64,000 nt of DNA from Patellaria atrata CBS 101060 (taxonomy: Eukaryota), in contig MU006094.1 in assembly GCA_010093705.1 (NCBI GenBank), forward strand, positions 595,550 through 659,549, in the 5' to 3' direction. A program made the translations under genes and the position numbers. The notes beneath the pieces are model-generated. The model made no database searches. It saw only the letters and a list, made by a program, of their open reading frames with translations, and was not told the DNA's origin. Shown piece after piece: positions 1 to 10,951 of this stretch; the stretch's first letter is position 1; every line of letters begins with the position of its first letter.

Positions 1-862
1 CGGGGGGAGACTTCGGATACGATGATCTTTTCCGCCCCCTTGGCTTTGAGTGTTTGGATGACGGAAAGGCCGATGGGACCACCTCCAAGGATCAAGACCG
101 CATCTCCGGCTTTGAAAGGGGATATCTTTACAGCATGCCATGCCACGGCTAGAGGCTCAACCAGTGCCCCTATTTCCAGAGAGACGTTGTCCGGAAGATG
201 GTAGAGACACGATTCTGGCACTACTACGTGCTCGGAGAGGCCTCCTCCCCAACCTGCACACAGCGTCAGTTAAGCTCATATTACTCCATGATGATCGATA
301 GAGATGCGTACCGCTTAGCCCAACAAACCCGTTGCTATAGCAGCAATTGATCAAGCCTTCTTTACATGCACCACAAGTCCCATCATAGATGATAGGTTGA
401 AGTACTACTCGATCTCCTACCTTGAAATCATTGACACCTTCTCCTACTTCTTCTACCACACCACTGAACTCGTGCCCGAATGTGAGAGGCACAGTTTCAC
501 CGGTAAGGGGGTGTGGAGTTGTTGGACAGAGACTAGGCCCACCAAGGTACTCATGGAGATCTATATATCATTAACTTTGCTTGCCGATGTTCGCGTGGTA
601 GCTCTTGGTTCTAAAGAGTTCCTAAAACAGGGGATATTTCCAAACAATTGCATACCGCTACCACATATCCCTACCCACGCTGGTTTCATCTGCAAGCACA
701 CTCCTCATCAGTACGGATTGTGCATCATATCGTACACCAAACTGAAGAACTCACTTTGACCTGACCCTTTCCCAGCTGGGGTACCGGGATATCCTCAAGT
801 CTAAGGTCTTCCTTCCCATGGAACCTAACCGCCTTCATCGTCCCATTTTCTGCTGAAGCCAT
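1..862 (-). CDS. Zn-dependent medium-chain dehydrogenase (2,3-butanediol/sorbitol dehydrogenase-like); 3' end runs off window
   Basis: Spliced reading MASAENGTMKAVRFHGKEDLRLEDIPVP...MKPAWVGICGS|DLHEYLGG...GHEFSG...CGACKEGLINCC...GGGPIG. Shows catalytic Zn (GICGSD, GHE), structural Zn cysteines and a Rossmann motif. Three GT-AG introns. Confidence 0.92.
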
Positions 863-1051
863 AGTTGAATTTTAAGTCAAAATCTAATTCAAGAATAAGT
901 GTTCTCAATAGTCAGTTAACGACGGTCCAAAGACACACGTACACCAAATATAGGCAAGACTATTGATCACTTGCCCCCACTCTCGACACCACGTCAGACT
1001 ATAACTATAATGACGGGATACCCAATGCGGTACTACTCCAGGGAAGCTTGG

Positions 1052-1090
1052 CCCCGCATCTCCCCTATGCGGGGTGTCAAACTGGCGGGG
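1052..1090. promoter_or_regulatory. Inverted pair plus extra CreA-type (SYGGRG) sites upstream of the dehydrogenase
   Basis: CCCCGCAT-N7-ATGCGGGG inverted repeat at 1052-1074, GCGGGG at 1085-1090 and CCCCAC near 975. Confidence 0.4.
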
Positions 1091-1516
1091 TAGCTGTATC
1101 CTTCCCTGTACGCTTCCCTACACTGTATGCCCGATGGCGTATGGGCGATTGTGGCCCCGTAAAACTTCAGGAGGATTCTGTACAGTATGGGGCGCATCCT
1201 TTCCAATTGTAGCGTACAAAAGGCTCGTGAACGTTCAGACAAAGGACGGATGCTATTTTGGTGTCCACACATGTCGCGAGCTACAGAACTGAGTGTGGAG
1301 AGAAACGGTGATGATTGAGACCAGCAATGCCAAAGGCATGTCCAGTCATCTATGATGGGAATACAAGACTAAAGGCAATTTGGCCGCCGACGTACCTGTT
1401 CGCAGGACGCATACTCCAACGATTCCTCGATGTCTCCATCCATCATTCTGTGAATTACCAATCCCAGGGGTAAGGCAGTAGTTCATAGCCAGTTGCAAAA
1501 GACGCACCGTACACAC

Positions 1517-4325
1517 CTACCTGATAACTCTCCCATCATCCCTCTCAACCCCATGTAATCCCTCCAAGATATCACTTCCCCCGAGTAAACCCCCACCCCG
1601 TCTCCTTTTTCTCTCCTCTCCCCAAATCTCATGAAACTTGATGCTGCAATCGCTCGTCGCAACCACCAGACATCCCTCTTCCTGCGTTCTATTCCACCAC
1701 ATGCCACCCTCACCCCTATTTCCCATATTCGGGCCACCGGGGTATGGAATAGCGTATAGCGCTCTAATCTCATCAAACCACGGTATCGCAACCACCTGCT
1801 CGCATGCTGGCCAAGTGAACACCGCAATGCGGTAGGGGTGCTCTGGTTGTGCGAAGCCAAAGGTGGCAGCTATCTCGCGACGTGTCGTGCTCCAGACAAG
1901 ACTAGTAACCTGGGCGCTGCAGTCGATGGTTGCGAGGCACGCCCCTGAAAGCGTATGGTAGAAGTGAATGCAGCGATCATTGGAACCACCACCGATGGCG
2001 ATGAGACCACGCTGAAAAGGACAGAAGGCGATTGCTTTGATCGCGGCGTTGAGAGTCCATTGATGTTTTGCTGCGGAAGCATCCAGAGAAAGGACTGAAT
2101 CGACACCAGGGATTATTGTCCATGTTTTGGAGCCGTCACGACCGATGCGAACATTGAGAACAGCAGGTGCAGTTGGATTGTGGTTTGCCAGGACCTTTTT
2201 TGTCTCGAAGAGATAGCAGATATTGTCGTTCGCGCCTGTTGTGAAGAACTCTCCGTCTGGTGACCAAGCCAGGCCGCACACTTGCTGTGAGTGGGGTGAA
2301 AGCCGTGCGAGAAGGGTCATGGAGCCGTGCCAGTCAAAAAGCGCGCAGGTCTGTTCATTAGGCCATTCGATGGCATAGAAATATATGTGACCAGCCTCAT
2401 CGCCAACGAGAAGTTCTTCCGTATTAACAGTGATTGCAGGATCCCGAATCGATTGTCTCTTAACGATCGTGGGGCGAAAACAGACGCATGATACCGATCC
2501 CGGCTGCCGTGAGTCGAATCGTGGTTCCTGATCGAGTGGACTCCAGAGAGTGATGTGGCCGTCAGCACGACCAACTGCAAGAATAGCTGAACCACCTTGA
2601 GTCGAGGAGAATGCTATTGATGTAACGTGTGCTGTTGAGATCGTATTCAGACCATTTGGGGTATTAACACCCCGAGCTTCAGACCAAAGATATACATGGG
2701 ATCCTAGGCCCACCGCGAGGCACTTGACTGTATGAGAGTACGCAAGCAGGGAACAGTAGAAGTCATCCCTCAAAGACGGCGCGTCTAGAACTGTAACAGA
2801 AAGTTAGCAAATGCAAAGTACTCCAGATTCGATCAAGTCATATCTGAAAGGAATGATAGGCACTGGTTTGCGCTGTTTTCTATTTTTCTTATTTACTATC
2901 ATAAGTTAGCGAAAGCTTATGTTTCGTCTTGTTAGGGACTCAACAAGAAACAGAGCCTTCTTTGACCCACTGATTGTCTTTCCATGTGGTATTTGTATAG
3001 AAATCACCTAACCGATTACCGTCGTTGTGATTTTCGGCATTTTTGGAAAGGACGGAACCGAGTATGCGTTCTGTGCGATCAAGATCTAGAGCGAGTGCCA
3101 GACGTCGCTCAAACGTTTCACCTTGACTATCAGGGTCTATTTGATCAAGAAAAGCTGACTTATAAAGAGGAGCGTTGGTTCCGCTACCAATCATACCACC
3201 TCTACCATCGGGAACGGCTATAGAGCTATCACTAACGATTGATGAACCTCCTACGTTCCAGACGGCACCTACACTAACCCGACGAATTCCTAAAGGGTTA
3301 CGGTGGTTACTGAGAACGCCCGGACTATTTGCGGATACCGACCTTGGACGGAGATTATTAATCCGGGACGGACTCATGTCCTCAGTGCCCTGGAGTGTAT
3401 TACGTATTCGCCGCGTGAAAGGATCGGGGCCTGCAGTACGGTTGCGGGATATTCTCTCGTGGAAGGTCAATGTATCGGCAGGTTTCCCCACCTCAAAACT
3501 ATCTCTTGGGCTTCCTAATGAGGGTCTCCTAGGGATAAATCGATCGGGAGTGGAGCCTCCTGCTATCGACCGTGGAGAAACAGCTCCGAAACCAGATCTT
3601 CTGTACGGGAGAGACGGCCGACGTAAAGGAAGCGGGGATAGAGGACTGGAACCACGACTCCTACGAAGCAGTGTAAAGCCTTCTCCTAACAGGTTTAGTG
3701 GAGTAAGTGTAGGTGAAGTGTTCATCTCAGTCTTATACATCAGTGAAACCTCCTTGCTCTCCGCGCAAGAGGATTTAGGTCTATGAAGATCAGAAGACGG
3801 AAAGGGTACTACAATTTCTTTTTCGTTGGATATTTCAAATCTCGAGATGTCTGAATTCCGTAATCCGGAAGTCAAGTCTGAACAAAAGGAACCATCGGAT
3901 GAGTAACCCTCGTCGGTTTCAGCGGTACCATCACTTTGAAAGTAGTCCCATTTAGTAGCGGATCGAGGGTATGATTCTGCTGAATATTGCGACTGCGTAA
4001 TCTTTACTGTAGTTCGTTTTGAATTGTTCTCTTCAGAACTAATGTGTGAACATTGAGTCAATTTAGCAATATGCTTGCGAGATGAACCCTCAGTCTTCTT
4101 CGTCTCAGGGCTGACTTGAACATGACTTCCTGGGGTTAAAGCTCGTCGGCTCTCCCAGATGCAATTCGAGTACCTTTGTAAAGTGTCATGGTTGAAGTCA
4201 TTCTTGTCCCCTGAGGATGACTTGTTTTGTGGACTTGGACAGAACCCCTCATCTTCGTGGAGGTAATCTAACGTGGACAAGTTGAGATATCGTGACTCAT
4301 GCTGTGATTGTCGGTCTGATTCCAT
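1517..4325 (-). CDS. AMA1: Cdc20/Fizzy-family WD40 APC/C activator, Ama1-like (about 902 aa, 3 exons)
   Basis: C-box (PDRFIP) in exon 1 (4325-2945), exon 2 2895-2844 (KPVPIIPF), exon 3 2792-1517 (VLDAPSLRDDFYCSLLAYS, WD40 repeats, GGGSNDRCIHF) and a C-terminal IR tail. Intron 2 must be AT-AC to keep the frame. Confidence 0.85.
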
Positions 4326-4749
4326 ATCGAATTATTCCTGCTTATTTTGTACACATTGAGGAAATTGAATGAAAGGCCCGGACAAATTCGTCCACGCAAT
4401 TTGAAACGCTGGTATTCACAGACCTAATAGAAGGTACCGTGAGACGAAAGTAAACGTATGGTACGAACGGCAGAAGAAAGCTTGCTGTTGCAATTAGTAA
4501 GTAGTCCCGGAATAACAAACGTATTCACACAATAATGCGAGTGCCGCCGTGAAAGATGAAATAATGTTGAGGGAAGAAGGTGTAGGAGTTTAGACCGAAA
4601 GGTGAGGTTGAAGAGAGTACCGTAGCCCGGGCGGCCTTTGATCAGCGGAACGCGTCACTTGCGAGCGTTGCAGTTGCTCTCCCAACTCCAAGCACGATAT
4701 AGTAACTTTCTCAACGAGCAGCTCTTACTTATCCTGAATGACATAGATC

Positions 4750-5963
4750 ATGGCTAGCGTGAGCACTTTTCATTTTTCCAGCGTGAAGTCTAAATAACCA
4801 CTAATACTGGGCGTCGCAGCATGGAGTACCTCGTGTATCGGCCTCAGAAGCTCCTACTGAGAAGTCAAGACAGCAAGAGCTTCGGAAAATCGAACAGTAT
4901 AAGGAACTGGTGAATTTAGTTAACACCAAGGTAAACTATCACAAGACCTTAGTTGCAACATAATACTCAGGTACCCTAGGCCGCAGAACAACAGTATACC
5001 ACAGAGGTTTTAGCACTCACTTCTACGTTGTTGAAGACTAATCCCGAGTATTACACGATATGGAATTATCGACGCAGGATACTTCAGTACCAGTTCAACC
5101 AATATGTCAAGGACCGGGCTCTCGGCGACGAAAACCATCAAGATGGGCAGGCGAACGTTGGCTCCGACCTCATTACGACTGACCTTCGTTTCATTATCCC
5201 TCTACTCATCGAATACCCTAAATGCTATTGGATATGGAATCATAGGTTGTGGTTATTACAACAATCATCCACCATATCGGGAGATAGTGTTTCCCTTCAG
5301 CTATGGCAGGAAGAGCTTGGGTTGGTAGGGAAAATGCTGCGTAGGGACAGTAGGAACTTCCTCGGCTGGAATTATAGACGACACGTGGTCGCTCAGTTAG
5401 AATTCCTGGGTCAACCGGAAAAGGAATCAGAGAGCATGACGGAAACCGAGTTCGCTTATACCACGAGAATGATCAAAGTCAATTTGTCCAACTTCTCAGC
5501 CTGGCATAATAGGAGTAAACTTATACCGAAATTACTTAACGAACGTAGTGCCGATGAATCAGCGCGGCGGAAGGTTCTTGATGCGGAATTTAAGCAGATC
5601 CAACGAGCGCTCTATACGGATCCCTATGATCAGTCACTGTGGTTCTATTATCAATTTCTAATGAGCACAATATCTCCCTCAGCGAAAAGGAGCTCTTTAA
5701 TTTTGCTGGAAATCACGAACTATGATCGCTTAAACTTTTACGAGCGCGAACTCGACAACCTGAGAGATATGCTGGACGGTGCTGAAGATTGCAAATGGAT
5801 ATACCAAGCCCTATTACAATATACATCTATCTATCTCGAACTGGATGCCGGTAACAAGACTATCACGACCTCCGAGATGCGGGCCTGGCTTGAAGAGCTT
5901 CGTAAACTCGATCCTCTTCGAAAGTCAAGATGGGATGACATGGAACAACGTCTTAATCTTTGA
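4750..5963 (+). CDS. BET4: Rab geranylgeranyltransferase (type II) alpha subunit
   Basis: MAS|HGVPR start with 2 introns. PPTA repeats NPEYYTIWNYRR, PKCYWIWNHR, SRNFLGWNYRR, SNFSAWHNRS and DQSLWFY. Confidence 0.93.
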
Positions 5964-5979
5964 TCCATTGTTAAGGGCC

Positions 5980-7674
5980 TCAGCTCTTCCATCTCAACAT
6001 GGTCAGCGAGAGCTTGGGGAAAGAAAAGCTATTTGCTCCATCCCAAGTGCTTTCAGTAATACCAACTTCACAGCTGTCGCTTGTATTGACGACATTTATA
6101 TCACGGCCGGATACCGTGTACACTTGGACATCTGAACCCTCAATACCATCCAAACGTACCGAAAAATCCTTAGTTTCGTGGATATTTACGACAGCCATAC
6201 TTATCATTCCATCATCCGAGATTGCTGCGCTTACGTCTAACCAAGGAGTCTCGATCGTGCCTCGGATCCAGACTGGCATCGTTGGACCTTCGTATTCTCC
6301 ACATCTAACGTTCACTGCTAGTGTATGACCTCGCATATACTTGCTGAACAATAATAGAGGCCACCATGTAGTCTGCTTAAGAATTCCCGACTTTGTAGTC
6401 ACCAATGGTGATATTACGTTTACTGACTGCGCAATGTTGGCCATTCCTATGTAACGGGATTGACGGATGAAGACATTCAGCCAGATGCTGACAGCGAGAG
6501 CATCTGAAAGTGTGTACCTGCTCTCAAGGTTAGCAGATTACAGTACAGAGCGTGAATTCCCAAAGCAAAGCGTAAGTGACGCACTTCTCTTCAGCTCCCT
6601 GCTCTCCGGGTGCTCTTAGGGGATCCCATACATTCCACTCATCAAAACAAATTGTCTGTCGAGGCACTGTTGGGGGCACCTTATTCTCGATGCGAGCTAA
6701 GTCGATCAGACCTGCTGTTATCTCAATAGCTCTCTCAGCAGAGCGAGGAGCTATCAAAAGTTAGGAGTCCCCAAAAACGTATTGGAGCTGACATCTTACC
6801 TGTTGCATTTGGAAGATGCTCCGAGGAAGCTGTGTAGATGTGTATACTATGCATCGAGATCAACGAAGCGGTGGTATCGCCACCTAGGCCATGGATATCA
6901 CATCGGATACATTCTTTCAAGACGTAAGAATCCCAAGTGCTATATCCATCTTGTCCGCAAAGTATCAACTGTATGGAGGGATCTAGAAGTTTGAGTGCTT
7001 TTGCCCATTGGTATGCTCTTTTCGCATAGTCTTCCTTGGTCATTTGACCGACCTGCCATGGTCCCCACATTTCGTTCCCTAGAGCCCAATACTTGACATT
7101 ATATGGCTTCTCTCGACCATTTTTCCGCCGGAGGTTTGCGTAATAGGTATTGGCCGAAGAATTGCAGTACTCAACCCATCCCAGGGCTTCATCAAGAGTT
7201 CCTGTCCCAAAATTCAAAGCAAGATAGGGCTCAGTACGAACGACTTCACACCAATGAAGAAATTCATCAGTTCCAAATTCATTAGTCTCCAGTCCCAACC
7301 ACGCGAGCTCGGGTCTAGGTGGTCGCTGATCTTTAGGTCCAACTCCGTCCAGCCAATGATAGGTGGCAACAAAGTTTCCACCAGGATATCTAACTACGGG
7401 CACTTTCAATTCTTGTAGAGCCTCAATAACATCCTTGCGGAAACCGTTTTCGTCTGACAGAGGATTTCCTGGGTCGTATATCCCTCCATAGATACATCGA
7501 CCCATGTGCCTGGTTACAATATCAGCATTGATCTGGTTTATTAAAACGGCATCTCGATTTCACCCACTCCGTGAACCCTCCATAGATGTTGTCATTTATT
7601 TTAGATATCTTATGTGATGCATTGATTGATATCGATGGTTCTTCTGTGTCTAAGATCTTGGTAAAGGCAGCCAT
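5980..7674 (-). CDS. abfC: GH51 alpha-L-arabinofuranosidase, intracellular AbfC type
   Basis: GFTE|HMGRCIYGGIY, RYPGGNF, WALGNE (acid/base), FDEWN (nucleophile) and ANIAQSVNVI. Three GT-AG introns; no signal peptide. Confidence 0.93.
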
Positions 7675-7792
7675 TGTGGTTAGAGACTCGGTCTTGAGGG
7701 GATAATTTTAAGGAATTTAGAAATACTGATAGGCAGCTGATTAAAGAGTTTATTAAATGATCACAATATGCTTTATTTCTGATCCTTTACAT

Positions 7793-8081
7793 GTGGAGAG
7801 ACGCATATTCATGAGTCGAACAGGAAAGGTATTACTATCCGTTATCCCCACTCACCTGCAGCAGTCCATCCACCACGCTAGTATATCTGTTTAGCCATAC
7901 GATTGGTGGACAATACTTTTCCTTGTAGAACTGACCTGGGTCTTCGGTACTTATTCCAACGACGTGCGAGCCCCAAACTGACACAATACATCACCGTATA
8001 GGTCGACATCTTGCTCTGACTTGACAATTAAGTTTACAGAGTCACCCTGCCTATACTAATGTGGAAATGAACCCGTTAGCC
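7793..8081. promoter_or_regulatory. Putative XlnR (GGCTAA) and CreA sites in the GH51/MFS divergent promoter
   Basis: TTAGCC (GGCTAA on minus) at 7891-7896 and 8076-8081; GTGGAG 7793-7798; CCCCAC 7846-7851. Confidence 0.45.
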
Positions 8082-8254
8082 ACCAGATTTCGGGACCTTA
8101 TTCATGAAGCTCTTATTTGACCGTTTCTGAAGAACCCCGAGACTAGGATGTCTTTATAGGCGGTACATGGATATATGAATCTTCTCCGCAAATACTCCTC
8201 CCGCTAGATATCTGGCGAACTAGAGATCTCAAGCATGGATGAATGCTAGTGAAC

Positions 8255-8291
8255 TATGCTAGGATGTGTATGCTAGGATGTGTATACTAGG
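8255..8291. repeat. 14-bp tandem repeat (TATGCTAGGATGTG, about 2.6 copies)
   Basis: tatgctaggatgtg tatgctaggatgtg tatactagg. Confidence 0.8.
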
Positions 8292-8440
8292 TAAACAACC
8301 GAGGATCATATCCTGCCATGTCGATACTCGATATAACACCTGTGTCGTACCCGGCCTTCGGAAACCGAGCTCTCTTCTATTGCTCGCTTTTCCTGAGATT
8401 TTGTAACTTCTAACTAACGAAGAAGAGGAAAAATTGCAAA

Positions 8441-10399
8441 ATGGCGCTCCCTCCCAAATGGTACCAAGTAAGGAACATGCTGGTCTCAAGATTCGAACTT
8501 CTCTAACACCCCTTTCAGTTCCTCATTGGCGTCTTCGCCTCTCTTGGTTCGCTTTTATTTGGTTACGATCTAGGTGTTATTGCCGGAGCCATTGCTTCGC
8601 AGTCTTTTGTCTCCCAGTTCGTTCCAAATGACGACGAGAAGTATTGGAATCTGAATCCCCCCCATGATTCGATTAGCTAATGAGCAAAACTCTTAGGGGC
8701 GCCGTAGTCTCTGTCTTTACCGGCGGCGCGTTCTTTGGCGCCATGTTCGCTGGGCCGACGGGTGATTACTTTGGACGGAAAATTACAATCCTGACTGGTG
8801 CATTGATCTTCTGTTTGGGCGGTGCTCTTCAAACAGCAGCCCAGAGTCTCGATTATCTCTATTCAGGCCGTTGCATCGCTGGTTTAGGGTAAGGGGATAT
8901 GTAATTCAGTATACGAGGCGGAAACTGATATCAAAATTAGTGTTGGATTTCTGGTCATGATCGTTCCTTTATATCAAGCAGAGTTATCCCATCCTTCTAT
9001 CCGTGGACGTATAACTTCGCTCCAACAGTTCATGCTCGGTATTGGAGCGTTGATTGCTGCTTGGGCTTCATACGGAACCTATATCAACTTCGCCCCTGAC
9101 AACAGCAGGCAATGGCGTGTAGCCCTTGGAATTCAGATTATCCCTGCCGGAATACTCGCGTTGCTCATTATGCTGTTCCCGGAATCTCCAAGATGGCTCA
9201 TCGATCATGGAAAGCCCGAGGAAGGATTGCAAACATTAGCGAAACTCCACGCGCATGGCAATGTCAATGATCCTTGGGTGCGCGCGGAATACGAACAAAT
9301 CCAGGAAGCGATCACCTTCGAGCATGAGCACGAGGCGAGGTCGTACGTGGAACTCTTTACAAATAAATCATCCTTCCGTCGCCTGTTTATTGCTTGCGCT
9401 CTACAAGCATCGGTACAGATGACTGGCGTATCTGCCATTCAGTATTATTCTGTGGACATTTACGGTCAAATTGGTATTGGCGGAGATGATACCCTGAAAT
9501 ACCAAGCTATCAGCAGTGTCCTCGCATTACTTGCCCAATTCGCTTGTATGATGGTCATCGACTACACAGGTCGCCGGAAACCACTCATCATTGGAAACCT
9601 TGTAAATATGGTAACGTTCATTATCGCAACTATTCTGTTAGCCAAATTCCCCCCGGGAAAAACACAGAACAACTCCGCGTCGTGGGCATTCATTATCATG
9701 ACCTGGTTGTACAATGTCTCTTTTAGTGCAACCTGTGGACCTCTCTCATGGATCATTCCAGCTGAGATATTTGACACAAGGACGAGGTCTAAGGGTGTGT
9801 CGATTGCGACCATGACGTCGTTTGCTTTCAATACGATGATCGGTCAAGTAACGCCGATTGCAATGTCAAATATCCATTACCGATTCTATATCCTGTTCGT
9901 GGTAAGTATCATTTTATCTTCTCCCATGCTATATTTAGCATTCCTCGACCTCTCTACGCTTACTCGACATCTACTGTACCGAGGAGCTGTTGGTTGGGAA
10001 CATTACGGGGACCTCCACACTTTGTACGGTGAAACCAATCGTGCGGCTACGAGAGTCTAGTAAATTTTCCATTTCCAGTACAGTAGAGCGAAAGATAGCT
10101 TGGAGAGCGGGTGTACAATAGGCGAGGCATCCCATGATAATGGAAGCTTTGCCCAATGTACAAGTAATTGATGCTAATTATGTGTGTAGGTCTGTAACTT
10201 TACAAACGCTTTGTTCTTCTGGGCTGTCCTTCCCGAAACAAAGAAGAGACCACTAGAAGAGATGAACTATTTGTTCACGAATGCTCCGTACTTCGTGCCA
10301 TTCATGAAGAAATCTGACTTCGAAACGAACGACCTGACTCATAGGGTGGAGGCTGTTGAGAGGAAGTTGAGCGTAACTGCACATATAGAGAAAGTTTAG
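8441..10399 (+). CDS. MFS sugar porter family transporter
   Basis: MALPPKWYQ|FLIGVFASLGSLLFGYDLGVI, DYFGRK, PESPRWL, SWIIPAEIF and PETK. Four introns; the last is 288 nt (9902-10189). Confidence 0.93.
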
Positions 10400-10951
10400 T
10401 AGTAGAATTATGTTCCACTTCTAGATAACGTACTTGTACAAATTACTGAAATTGTTCCTTTGTCGTGTCTGTTCAACATGTTTCATTTCAAATGTGTTTG
10501 AGCCTCGTCCACTTTGTCAACTTATATAGATATCATGGCTGTAATGGCGAAAATTAAACTATGCTACTTGGCTAAAGCCTGAGCATACTGAAAATGCAAT
10601 GAGCAGTGCAATGAGATATTTATTACACTCGTGGTGGTACCCTTGAACATCCGTGTTCCAAGGGCTCTGGTTCTATAATATTTTCGGCTTAACATCGGGG
10701 GAAAGCCGGAAGCTACAAGTCAACTGCTTTCAGGAATCTTTCCTTTGTTCCACTCCACATTTTCCTTTCTCCACAAACTTCCTCCTATCCATCCAGCGCT
10801 TACCCCAAAAGCTGTCAAATTCGAATTTGCGCATCGATCATAACACCCTATTACGACGGCAACCGACACACAGACATTGAATACCGCGGCGAAGCTTATA
10901 CGGCTTGCAGCCTTGTTTTCTGTTTCGCGCATGATCTCACATTACAGCACA

